A stretch of DNA of 60,382 nt, the filler included. It is 3 parts of 3 records of this genome, joined end to end, with 100 filler letters (N's around TTAATTAATTAA, not from the genome) between each part and the next. Parts side by side here need not be neighbours in the genome. Positions count along the whole stretch, not along the records: positions 39,330 to 60,382 come from SRR20825006_171; 2 more parts are not named here. One strand, 5' to 3'. The position numbers and the translations under genes were made by a program. This document shows, piece by piece, positions 39,330 to 48,146 of the stretch. The notes under the pieces are model-generated. The model was not told the DNA's origin, made no database searches, and saw only the letters and a program-made list of their open reading frames with translations. The stretch's first letter is position 1. Each line of letters opens with the position of its first letter.

Positions 39330-39776
39330 CATCATTGGGTTGGTAGGCGTTTCTACCCAGATCATCTTTGTTTTTTCTGAAATAACGGCTTCAATTGCTG
39401 AAGTGTCCTGCATACTCACAAAATGAAACTTCAAACCAAAATCTTCAAAGATCTTTGTAAATAAGCGATAAGATCCACCATAAAGATCGTTTGTCGAAAT
39501 GATCTCATCTCCCGGTTTAAACAATTTTAAAACTGCATCTATAGCAGCAAGACCAGAACCAAAAGCCAAACCGAATTTACCATTCTCTATACTTGCCAGC
39601 GCATCTTCAAGGGCTTTACGCGTAGGGTTTCCGCTTCGCGAATACTCAAAGCCTTTATGACCGCCCGGAGTAGATTGCGCATAAGTAGAGGTTTGATATA
39701 TAGGCGGCATAACGCTTCCGTAAGCAGGATCTGTATTGTGTTGACCGCCGTGTATGGTTTTAGTATTGAATTTCAT
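39330..39776 (-). CDS. Cystathionine gamma-synthase/lyase (PLP-dependent trans-sulfuration family), 3' truncated
   Basis: PPIYQTSTY, YSRSGNPTR, SGLAAI, DLYGGSYR, WVETPTNP. Confidence 0.9.
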
Positions 39777-39882
39777 TTTCTTAATCTTTCATTAAATGTC
39801 TTAGTAAAGTTAGGAAGCCAAAGACCTATTCCCAAAATTGCGTGTACCTTTATTCTTTGTTTAACACGAAACCCTAATTGCT

Positions 39883-40644
39883 TTGAAAAAAATCGCATTG
39901 CTTCTGCTTACAATAATTAGTATCAGCAGTTGCCAAAAGAGAACGACTCCATTAACGTTTAAAACCGAAACCTTAAAAGCAGAAACTTTAGACCACTGCG
40001 CTGACGGTATATGCCCAATTATAGAAATCAAAAAGATCAAGGCTTTTGGTCGTGAGAATTTTGCTGACACCATCAATAACGCGGTTGATCAAGTATTGCT
40101 GAATAACCTCGTGATCGCTCCCGAAGAAGAGCCTGATATCAAAACACTAGATCAAGCTTTAGAGCATTTTATTTCTAGCTATCGCGTGTATAAAAGTGAT
40201 TTTCCCGAGGCAGGTACAGAATATGAGATTAACAGCACATCTCAAGTAAGCTATAACGGCGCGCAATTGTTAAGTATAAAATTTGAAAACTACACCTATT
40301 GGGGTGGAGCGCACGGATACGGCAGTACCACGTATCTTAATTTTGATAAAGATGCCGAAACCTCACTGAACAATGAGGCTTTATTTAAAGATTACGCCGG
40401 CTTTTTAAAATTGGCTGAAACCCAATTTAGAAATCAAAAAAAACTAAGTGCCGAAGAAAACATCAACAGCACCGGCTTTTATTTTGAGAATGACGTTTTT
40501 GCATTACCTAGTGCCATTGGGTTTACTGAAAACGAAATGGTGTTGGTGTACAATCCGTATGAAATTGCATCCTACGCTGACGGCCAAACCATTTTAAAAT
40601 TTAAGTTTAGCGAAGTGCGAGATTTTCTTAAACTAGACCTATAG
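39883..40644 (+). CDS. DUF3298/DUF4163 (PdaC/RsiV-like) lipoprotein
   Basis: Lipobox ISSC, YWGGAHG, NFD, YNPYEIASYADG. Confidence 0.8.
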   Translation: MKKIALLLLTIISISSCQKRTTPLTFKTETLKAETLDHCADGICPIIEIKKIKAFGRENFADTINNAVDQVLLNNLVIAPEEEPDIKTLDQALEHFISSYRVYKSDFPEAGTEYEINSTSQVSYNGAQLLSIKFENYTYWGGAHGYGSTTYLNFDKDAETSLNNEALFKDYAGFLKLAETQFRNQKKLSAEENINSTGFYFENDVFALPSAIGFTENEMVLVYNPYEIASYADGQTILKFKFSEVRDFLKLDL

Positions 40645-41104
40645 CGTGACGCAACGCCAGCACTGAACCTAAATGAATACCTTCGTGAAAATTGTTATAA
40701 GCGATTGCTTCATCAACGTTAGAAAGTGTACTATCCATCGAGGTAGTGATGGTATTATAAGTTTTAAACTTTCCGGCTTTATAGTCTTCTTCAGTTTGCT
40801 CTAGCGTTCTAAAAAGTAAGGTTTTGATCTCATCAACTTCTGCCTGAGTAGCATCTGCCTCGGGCTTTGTTCCTTTTCGGTACTTATTGATGATTTCATC
40901 AGAAACTAAAGCTGGCACTTCTGAAAATTTATAAACCAAAATCTGTTGGGTTGCGACCAAATGTGCAATGTTCCAGAAAATATTATTGTTGTATCCTTCA
41001 GGTATTTTATTCAGGTCTTCTAATGCGATGGTCTCCAGATAATTCTTGAGAATAACACGTGTTTTGTATGTGATTTTTAAGGTATACGCTATTGATGCTT
41101 CCAT
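40628..41104 (-). CDS. DinB-family protein
   Basis: LNKIPEGYNNNIFWNIAH, FHEGIHLG His motifs. Confidence 0.8.
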   Translation of the reverse strand: MEASIAYTLKITYKTRVILKNYLETIALEDLNKIPEGYNNNIFWNIAHLVATQQILVYKFSEVPALVSDEIINKYRKGTKPEADATQAEVDEIKTLLFRTLEQTEEDYKAGKFKTYNTITTSMDSTLSNVDEAIAYNNFHEGIHLGSVLALRHAIGLV

Positions 41105-41124
41105 GAAAAGTTTTTAGTCTATCA

Positions 41125-41170
41125 CCTCGAGCTACATCTCGAAGTATTTAATCTCGATTATCGAGTCAAA
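41125..41170 (+). repeat. Short or degenerate copy of the dispersed repeat
   Basis: CCTCGAG...CTCGAAGTATTTAATCTCGATTATCGAGTCAAA. The right end matches the 45915 copy end (CCTCGAAAATCGAGTAAA). Confidence 0.5.
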
Positions 41171-41253
41171 AATACCTTTTTATACCGAAAAGCGGTTACT
41201 TTGCAAGCGTAAACAAGACCACTAAATTTACTCAATTACTAAAAGTATACGTT

Positions 41254-41607
41254 TTGAAAAAAATATATTACCTCTCTACTTGCGACACCTGCAAACGCAT
41301 TATGAATGAGATCGAATTGCCTTCTGCATTCATCAAGCAGGATATAAAAACTGATCCTATTACCGAAGAGCAACTAGATGAACTTTACAACCTTAGCGAA
41401 AGTTATGAAGCTTTGTTTAACAAACGCGCCAGACTCTATCGCGAGCGTGGTCTAAACAATGAAAAGCTAGAAGAAGGGAACTATGCCGAACTGATTCTGG
41501 AGCATTACACATTTTTAAAGCGTCCTGTGATTGTAAATAACGATCAGATCTTTATAGGAAACAGCAAAAAAACGGTTGCTGCCGCTAAAGAAGCTATTCA
41601 CCCTTAA
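41254..41607 (+). CDS. ArsC/Spx-family protein
   Basis: YYLSTCDTCKR CxxC motif and FLKRPV. Confidence 0.82.
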   Translation: MKKIYYLSTCDTCKRIMNEIELPSAFIKQDIKTDPITEEQLDELYNLSESYEALFNKRARLYRERGLNNEKLEEGNYAELILEHYTFLKRPVIVNNDQIFIGNSKKTVAAAKEAIHP

Positions 41608-41615
41608 AGCCATTT

Positions 41616-42506
41616 ATGAACCAACGCGTACTTGCACTTGCTGCAGCTACCGGAGCCAGCACCATCTACGGAATTAACCACACACTTGCTAAAGGGGTGA
41701 TGCCGGTGTATATTGGGGCTTTTGGATTTATTTTACTACGCGTTTTAGGAGCCTCTGGGCTGTTTTGGCTACTGAGTATCTTCAGCAAATCTGAAAAAAT
41801 CGATCGTGTTGATTATTGGAGATTTTTGGGCTGTGCAGTATTTGGTATGTTTGTAAATATGCTGGCCTTTTTTAAAGGACTAAGCCTTTCTACACCCATT
41901 AACAGCTCGGTGATCATCACGTTAAGCCCGGTGATCTTACTCATTTTATCTGCGCTATTTTTAAAAGAGCGTATTGGGTTCACCAAGATCATAGGGATCC
42001 TCATAGGGATGTTTGGCGCGCTGGTATTGGTGTTGTTTGGTGCTGCAGAACAACCCAATGCACCTAATATTCCGTTAGGAAATCTGTTGTTTTTTGTAAA
42101 TGGCGCGACTTACGCCGTTTATTTGATTCTGGTAAAACCTATTAGCAACAAGTACAGCACGATCACGTTGATGAAGTGGTTGTTTCTTATAGGAGTGCTT
42201 TTAAACCTCCCCTTTACACTTAATGAGTTCACTGCTGTAGACTGGCTCAATCTACCGGCACATGCCATTTGGGTGATGGTATTTGTAGTGGTGGGCACTA
42301 CTTTTTCTACCTATCTTTTAAATCTGTACGCGCTCAAAACGCTTAAAGCTTCAACCATTGGCGCTTTTATTTATTTGCAACCGGTTATTGCCATTCTATT
42401 TGCCGTTTTGGTAGGTGCAGACCACTTAAGCTGGGTTCGCGCAGGTGCCGCAGCACTTATTTTTCTAGGAGTCTATTTATCTACCCGAACAAAGAAAACC
42501 GCCTAA
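41616..42506 (+). CDS. DMT/EamA-family transporter
   Basis: About 10 TM helices in two repeats, FLKER and YLQPV motifs. Confidence 0.88.
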   Translation: MNQRVLALAAATGASTIYGINHTLAKGVMPVYIGAFGFILLRVLGASGLFWLLSIFSKSEKIDRVDYWRFLGCAVFGMFVNMLAFFKGLSLSTPINSSVIITLSPVILLILSALFLKERIGFTKIIGILIGMFGALVLVLFGAAEQPNAPNIPLGNLLFFVNGATYAVYLILVKPISNKYSTITLMKWLFLIGVLLNLPFTLNEFTAVDWLNLPAHAIWVMVFVVVGTTFSTYLLNLYALKTLKASTIGAFIYLQPVIAILFAVLVGADHLSWVRAGAAALIFLGVYLSTRTKKTA

Positions 42507-42979
42507 GCTAAATCCTTAGGTTTCTTACCAAACTTACGTGTATCTTCTTTGGTAAGTACTCTAAAATCTTCGGTTTTACTTAAGGAGGAAAGGTTAACAA
42601 ACAAGGCTTCCGGCAGGCCAATAAGTTTGCGTTCTTTAAGATCAATCCAGGCGCCCATCATTTCGCAGCTGGCAAAATTTCGCCCTTTATGATCATAAAA
42701 ATTATGTATGAATTCAAAATACATCCCATCTTCAGAAAGTCCTTTTAATTGAAGCGTCACCTTTACCGGATTTCCGGCAAAAACTTCCTTAAAATAATAC
42801 ATATGCTCATAAAACACCACCGGGCCAATATTGTGCTTGGCCATCTCCTGCTGCCCAAAACCATTTTCCATCAAAAAAGCCATACGCGTATGACTCATAA
42901 AATTGATGTAAGCACTATTGGCTAAATGTCTATTGGCATCTATATCACTCCAGCGTATCTCAAATTCTTTAGTATACAT
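42503..42979 (-). CDS. Acyl-CoA thioesterase (4HBT/YbgC hot-dog fold)
   Basis: IRWSDIDANRHLANSAY motif. Confidence 0.85.
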   Translation of the reverse strand: MYTKEFEIRWSDIDANRHLANSAYINFMSHTRMAFLMENGFGQQEMAKHNIGPVVFYEHMYYFKEVFAGNPVKVTLQLKGLSEDGMYFEFIHNFYDHKGRNFASCEMMGAWIDLKERKLIGLPEALFVNLSSLSKTEDFRVLTKEDTRKFGKKPKDLA

Positions 42980-42989
42980 AGTTTTAAAA

Positions 42990-43102
42990 GTAAGTTACCT
43001 CAGGGCAAATCGTGAGGCATTAGTTGAAAACAAAATTTCAATTTCGAGGCATCCCGATAGTTTTCGGGACTGCATATTCAATTCGATGGCGGCGCCAATA
43101 AA
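42990..43102 (+). repeat. Dispersed MITE/REP-like repeat copy A with an internal palindrome
   Basis: Aligns with 45915-46032 and contains TCCCGA-TAGTTT-TCGGGA at 43052-43069. Confidence 0.65.
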
Positions 43103-43214
43103 TTTTGAGCAAAGATACCTAAAAGCCTTATGCGCGCATAATATTTTAAAATTCCCTTAATACGATGAGCTGTTCTCTTGTTTACATTTATCTTTAAATC
43201 TCAAATAGAACTTT

Positions 43215-44237
43215 ATGCTGATTAAAAGGAATATAAGCTGGAAACTCATCATACGCCTAACCTGGCGCAACCTGATCTTCTTCCTCATTTATTCTCTGGT
43301 TATATTTTATGCATACCACGATTTAGGCTTTGAAGATATAGACATCCCGTTTGAACCTCTTACCGTGATTGGTATTGCGGTTTCTTTTTATTTGGGTTTT
43401 AAAAACAGTCAGAGTTACGATCGTTTTTGGGAAGGCCGAAAAATTTGGGGAATGATCGTTAACTGGAGTCGTACTTGGGGAATTCGTACGCTGAGCCTTA
43501 TAAAATTAGACGACGCTGAAGCCGAAAAGGAAATCAAACGCGATCTGATCTATAGGCATATCGCCTGGCTTAATGCGCTACGCGTACAACTAAGACAGCC
43601 CAGATCTTGGACGTTACAAGAAGGCCGGTATGTAGAACGTCTTTTTGACCGCCATAACGAGCGTAATATTGAGAGCAATCAAGCCTATCAATTTGTAGGT
43701 CACGAGGAATACGATGAAATTAAAAAACGGGCAAATCCCGCAACACACCTTATTAAAAATCAGGGTTTGATCGTACAACGCTTGCGAAAAGACGGCGTGA
43801 TAGATGGTTTCCAAGAGATGCAATTGCAAGAAGCTTTGGCCAAGTTCTATGACTTTCAAGGTATGTGTGAACGCATCAAAAACACTCCATTCCCCAGACA
43901 ATACGGGTATTTCTCAAAAGTATTTACATGGATTTTTGTGTTATTGTTGCCACTAGGTTTGCTCAATATTTTTGAAAATCACGTGACTGATACTGTGCAT
44001 CCATCACAGCAAATTTCTATTATGTTTTTACAAATGATCCCGTTTACAATTCTGATCATGTGGATTTTCACCACGATGGAATATGTTGGCGATGCTAGTG
44101 AAGACCCTTTTGAAGGAAAAGCAAATGACGTCCCTATGACTGCGCTTTGCCGCACTATAGAAATTGATTTGCGCGATATGCTGGATGAAGAGGACTTACC
44201 CGCAGGAATAGAACCTAAAGACGATATTTTATACTAA
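43215..44237 (+). CDS. Bestrophin-family ion channel
   Basis: LGFKNSQSYDRFWEGRKIWG, CERIKNTPFP, EDPFEG..NDVP. Confidence 0.9.
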   Translation: MLIKRNISWKLIIRLTWRNLIFFLIYSLVIFYAYHDLGFEDIDIPFEPLTVIGIAVSFYLGFKNSQSYDRFWEGRKIWGMIVNWSRTWGIRTLSLIKLDDAEAEKEIKRDLIYRHIAWLNALRVQLRQPRSWTLQEGRYVERLFDRHNERNIESNQAYQFVGHEEYDEIKKRANPATHLIKNQGLIVQRLRKDGVIDGFQEMQLQEALAKFYDFQGMCERIKNTPFPRQYGYFSKVFTWIFVLLLPLGLLNIFENHVTDTVHPSQQISIMFLQMIPFTILIMWIFTTMEYVGDASEDPFEGKANDVPMTALCRTIEIDLRDMLDEEDLPAGIEPKDDILY

Positions 44238-45205
44238 TGCCCATAATCGCTTCGTCATACAAGCCAAGAATACCTTTTACTAATGGTCATTTCAATACCA
44301 TTTACGCAGCAAAAATCAGAAAGATCAGAGGCTTAACTTATGAACGCGAACGCATTGCTTTGAGTGATGACGACTTTCTGGATATCGATTTTAGTTTTGC
44401 GCCAGAGCGATCTACCACAAAAATTGCGATCATCGTTCACGGCTTAGAAGGTCACGCAAAACGACCTTATATGCAAGGTACAGCCCGCATTCTCAATGCC
44501 AACGGCTTTGACTGCGCATCCATCAACCTACGAGGTTGCAGCGGGGAAGACAACTCTAAAATACGGTCTTACCATTCAGGCGCTTCTGAAGATCTTAGTG
44601 ATGTTGTTAATTACATTCTTACTAAACAAAAATACCACCAACTCTTTCTGTGCGGATTTAGCCTTGGCGGAAATCTAATTCTGAAATATTTAGGCGAAAA
44701 CCGCAAACGTCCGGATTGTATTACTGCTGCGGTTGCAGTATCAACTCCGGTAGATCTGTATGATTCTTTAGGTGCCTTAGAACAACGAAAAAATTGGGTG
44801 TATCGCTGGTCTTTCTTAAAAGATCTTAGAAAGAAATATCAAGCTAAACTGAAGGTTTTTCCTAACGAATTAAGCAAAGAGAATCACCGTAAAATCAAAT
44901 CCTTGATGCTTTTTGACGAACTATACACCGCTCCGGCTAATGGCTTTACAGATGCGCTTGATTATTATACTAAAAGTAGCAGTCGGCAATTTTTACCACA
45001 AATTGAAATTCCCACTTTGCTAATCAATGCTTTAGACGATTCATTTTTAAACGAAAAATGCTATCCTACTGAAGAAGCTTCTCAAAGCGAACTCCTTTTT
45101 TTAGAAACCCCCGCGTTTGGCGGTCACGTAGGATTTATTGAAAATCAAGAGCATACCTATTGTGAACATCGCACCTTGCAGTTTTTTCAAAAGTATTTAG
45201 ACTAA
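44237..45205 (+). CDS. YheT-family alpha/beta hydrolase
   Basis: HGLEG, RGCSG, YHSG, GFSLGG nucleophile elbow, NALDDSF, GGHVGF. Confidence 0.9.
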   Translation: MPIIASSYKPRIPFTNGHFNTIYAAKIRKIRGLTYERERIALSDDDFLDIDFSFAPERSTTKIAIIVHGLEGHAKRPYMQGTARILNANGFDCASINLRGCSGEDNSKIRSYHSGASEDLSDVVNYILTKQKYHQLFLCGFSLGGNLILKYLGENRKRPDCITAAVAVSTPVDLYDSLGALEQRKNWVYRWSFLKDLRKKYQAKLKVFPNELSKENHRKIKSLMLFDELYTAPANGFTDALDYYTKSSSRQFLPQIEIPTLLINALDDSFLNEKCYPTEEASQSELLFLETPAFGGHVGFIENQEHTYCEHRTLQFFQKYLD

Positions 45206-45274
45206 AAAGCCCAAAAATACTGTTGCAGTGCGGGTAGAACTTGTGTATATTAGCATTTATCTAAACAATTTCTA

Positions 45275-45787
45275 ATGAAAACTTTAAAAATCACACTTCT
45301 TTTTGCGCTTTCGCTAATATTAGTAAACTGCGGAGACGATAAAAAGAAAGAAGAAAAAGAGACGGTTAAAATAGGTTCCAATTCTTCTTCAACTTCAAAA
45401 AAATCTGATGAGAATGTTACTGAAGTAGTACTTCTTGCAACAGATATGATGCAATTTGATAAAAATGAAATTCGCGTTCCTGCCGGCAAAAAGGTAAAAC
45501 TAACCTTACGTCACACCGGTAAACAAGCCGTGGAAGTTATGGGGCATAATTTTGTGCTTTTAACCCAAGGAACCGAAATTCCTGCTTTTGGCGCTAAAGC
45601 TTCAGCAGCACGAGATAATGCATATATTCCTCAAGATACAGACGCGGTAATCGTACATACTAAAATGCTTGGCGGTGGCCAGTCGGATACAATTGAGTTT
45701 GACCCACCAGCACCGGGAACGTATGACTTTATCTGTAGCTTCCCTGGGCATTATAGTGTAATGAAAGGTAAATTCATCGTAGAATAA
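45275..45787 (+). CDS. azu: Azurin (blue copper protein), lipoprotein
   Basis: Lipobox LVNC, MQFD, MGHNFVL, HTKMLGGG, CSFPGHYSVMKG with all type-1 Cu ligands (H, C, H, M). Confidence 0.92.
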   Translation: MKTLKITLLFALSLILVNCGDDKKKEEKETVKIGSNSSSTSKKSDENVTEVVLLATDMMQFDKNEIRVPAGKKVKLTLRHTGKQAVEVMGHNFVLLTQGTEIPAFGAKASAARDNAYIPQDTDAVIVHTKMLGGGQSDTIEFDPPAPGTYDFICSFPGHYSVMKGKFIVE

Positions 45788-45840
45788 CCCGATTCTCAGT
45801 AAAGAACCTTATGGTAAGCTGCGAGCGATGCCAATAATTT

Positions 45841-45884
45841 AAGCGCCCAAAAAATTATCAGAATCGATAAGTTTTTGGGCGCTT
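45841..45884 (+). terminator. Hairpin/terminator after azurin
   Basis: AAGCGCCCAAAAA...TTTTTGGGCGCTT, 13-bp stem. Confidence 0.7.
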
Positions 45885-45914
45885 TTAGCTTATTTAGTAA
45901 AATGCCTTAGAGCA

Positions 45915-46032
45915 GTAAACTACCCCAGAGCAAACCCTTGATACATTCGGTAGAAACAAATTTTCAATTTCAAGGCAAGCCTCTGACTCTTAAACTCTTT
46001 GGCAGCGCCAATAAACCTCGAAAATCGAGTAA
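45915..46032 (+). repeat. Dispersed MITE/REP-like repeat copy B
   Basis: GTAAACTACCCCAGAGCAAAC...AAACAAATTTTCAATTTCAAGGCAAGCCTC...GGCAGCGCCAATAAACCTCGAAAATCGAGTAAA. Confidence 0.65.
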
Positions 46033-46037
46033 ACATT

Positions 46038-47633
46038 ATGGTTAAAACTTATTCTAAAATATTCGTCCTCCTAGTAATGATTTTTGTTTCTTCTTGTAAA
46101 AACGAGCAGCAAGATACCGAGGTATCCACAACACAATTTCCAGATAAAGACCTCAACCCCATTGACCGCTATGGTGAACTTCTGGTCGCTGTACAAACCA
46201 ATCACGTTTTTGCAGACGGAAAAACTTTTGTGGACTGTGAACCCAAAATTCCTTCAGAGAAGATCCTTGAGAAGTATCAAGAGCAAAAGGAGCAGCCAGA
46301 TTTTGATCTGGAGGCTTTTGTTTTAGAACATTTCACATTACCGGTCACGCCAACCTCAGGTTTTGAAGCAGACACTACCCGTACTACCGAAGAGCATATT
46401 AACGCGTTGTGGTCCTATCTAAAGCGTGACGCAGACAGTATTGAAAACGGCTCAAGAATCGCTTTACCTAACGCTTATATCGTTCCCGGCGGAAGGTTTC
46501 AAGAAGTATACTATTGGGATAGTTATTTTATTTTATTAGGGCTCAAAGAAGCCGGAGAAATTGATCTCATCGAAAATATTCTTGACAATTTTGCCTATCA
46601 GATCAACACCATTGGCTTTATCCCCAACGGAAATCGCACCTATTATTTGGGGCGCTCGCAGCCGCCGTTTTTTGCAGAAATGGTAAATCTTTTGGCAGAG
46701 ATCAAGGAGGAAAAAAGCGTCTATCTAAAATACCACGATGTTCTAGAAAAGGAGTATGTATTCTGGATGAAAGGCGCACAAAGTATTAGCCCTTCTGAAA
46801 CCGAAGCGCGCGTTGTAAAAATGCCCGACGGTCACGTTTTGAACCGTTATTTTAGTAATACGCAAACACCGCGTGCAGAAAGTTATTTTGAAGACATTAC
46901 CACTGCTAAAGAAGCTGATCGCGACGCCCAAGAAGTTTACCTTAATATAGCCGCAGCTTGTGAAAGCGGTTGGGATTTTAGCAGCAGATGGTTTGCAGAT
47001 CCAAACAAGATGAGCACAATACAAACCACGCAAATTGTTCCGGTAGATTTGAATGCGCTGATGTATAACTTAGAGCAAACTTTGGCCAAAGTGCGCCGAT
47101 ATGCAGACGATGTAGAAGGCGCTGAGCAAATGGTGAAAGCTGCGGCTTCCCGAAAAGACGGTATTGACAAGTGGTTATGGGATGCTACGCAACAAACGTA
47201 CACCGATTATGATTTAAAATCCGAAGCCCTGTCGCCTATTCTTTCTTTGGCGATGGTCTATCCTTTATATTTTAAAGTAGCCTCTCCGCAACAAGCAGAA
47301 CACGTTGCAACAACTTTAGAAAGTCAGTTTCTTAAGCCGGGCGGTTTAGTCACCTCACTGATCAATAACAAGCAACAATGGGATAGCCCTAATGGCTGGC
47401 CTCCACACCAATGGTTAGCGATTAGAGGACTGCAAACCTACGGGTTGAACGATCTTGGCAATGAAATTACCAGCCGCTGGTTACACCTCAATGACCGCGT
47501 TTATAAACGCACCGGTAAAATGCTGGAAAAATACAATGTGATCGATACCACCCTCGTCGCCGGAGGTGGAGAATATCCTACTCAAGATGGCTTCGGGTGG
47601 ACTAACGGAGTCTATCTTGACTTGAAGAAATAA
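46038..47633 (+). CDS. Alpha,alpha-trehalase (GH37), lipoprotein
   Basis: DGKTFVD, PGGRFQEVYYWDSY, RSQPP, PRAESY, ESGWDFSSRW, QQWDSPNGWPP, GGGEYPTQDGFGWTNG. ATG 46038 gives lipobox VSSC. Confidence 0.95.
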   Translation: MVKTYSKIFVLLVMIFVSSCKNEQQDTEVSTTQFPDKDLNPIDRYGELLVAVQTNHVFADGKTFVDCEPKIPSEKILEKYQEQKEQPDFDLEAFVLEHFTLPVTPTSGFEADTTRTTEEHINALWSYLKRDADSIENGSRIALPNAYIVPGGRFQEVYYWDSYFILLGLKEAGEIDLIENILDNFAYQINTIGFIPNGNRTYYLGRSQPPFFAEMVNLLAEIKEEKSVYLKYHDVLEKEYVFWMKGAQSISPSETEARVVKMPDGHVLNRYFSNTQTPRAESYFEDITTAKEADRDAQEVYLNIAAACESGWDFSSRWFADPNKMSTIQTTQIVPVDLNALMYNLEQTLAKVRRYADDVEGAEQMVKAAASRKDGIDKWLWDATQQTYTDYDLKSEALSPILSLAMVYPLYFKVASPQQAEHVATTLESQFLKPGGLVTSLINNKQQWDSPNGWPPHQWLAIRGLQTYGLNDLGNEITSRWLHLNDRVYKRTGKMLEKYNVIDTTLVAGGGEYPTQDGFGWTNGVYLDLKK

Positions 47634-47637
47634 TACG

Positions 47638-47664
47638 AAAGGCTTCCGTTTCCGGAAGCCTTTT
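47638..47664 (+). terminator. Intrinsic terminator after trehalase
   Basis: AAAGGCTTCCG-TTTC-CGGAAGCCTTTT. Confidence 0.8.
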
Positions 47665-47677
47665 ATCTTTAGAATTG

Positions 47678-48145
47678 ATGGGAAAGATTCAATCTTCAAT
47701 TAAAAAGCTCTGGGACGCATTTACCAATGAACATCCTGAGTATCGCGACAAGAATATTCCGCCTTCCTTTTACTTCTGCGATAATGAAAAGGATGCAAAT
47801 ACTTGTGCCCATTTAGTATTGAAAAGAATCAAACAAGCCACGGCTACTTCGCTGTGGTGGTTTGAAACCCATAAGGAATCTCTTCCTGAAATAAATGATC
47901 TCAACATTGTTACCGATTGGGACGGAAACGCAGTTGCGGTAATTAAAACCACACAAATCGATCTGGTTCCTTTTAATCAAGTAACCTCAGAATTTGCCAA
48001 GATTGAAGGGGAAGGTGATGGTTCTCTAGCCTATTGGAAAAAAGTTCACCAAGCGTTTTACACTCGGGAAATGCAAAATTCACCCGACTCATTTGATGAG
48101 GAAATGCCTATTGTATGTGAACAGTTTATAACGCTCTATCCTTGA
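47678..48145 (+). CDS. ASCH-domain protein
   Basis: LVLKRIKQATATS, IVTDWDG, FAKIEGEGDGSLAYWKKVH. Confidence 0.85.
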   Translation: MGKIQSSIKKLWDAFTNEHPEYRDKNIPPSFYFCDNEKDANTCAHLVLKRIKQATATSLWWFETHKESLPEINDLNIVTDWDGNAVAVIKTTQIDLVPFNQVTSEFAKIEGEGDGSLAYWKKVHQAFYTREMQNSPDSFDEEMPIVCEQFITLYP

Positions 48146-48146
48146 C

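Noticed and set aside
42918-43160. 80-aa ORF across repeat copy A
   Set aside because: Overlaps the thioesterase antisense and reads through a non-coding repeat
45999-46037. ORF-track N-terminal extension of trehalase (similarly at 35495-35560, 53706-53816 and 5237-5272)
   Set aside because: Downstream starts give proper signal peptides or avoid overlaps, and the trehalase extension lies inside repeat copy B
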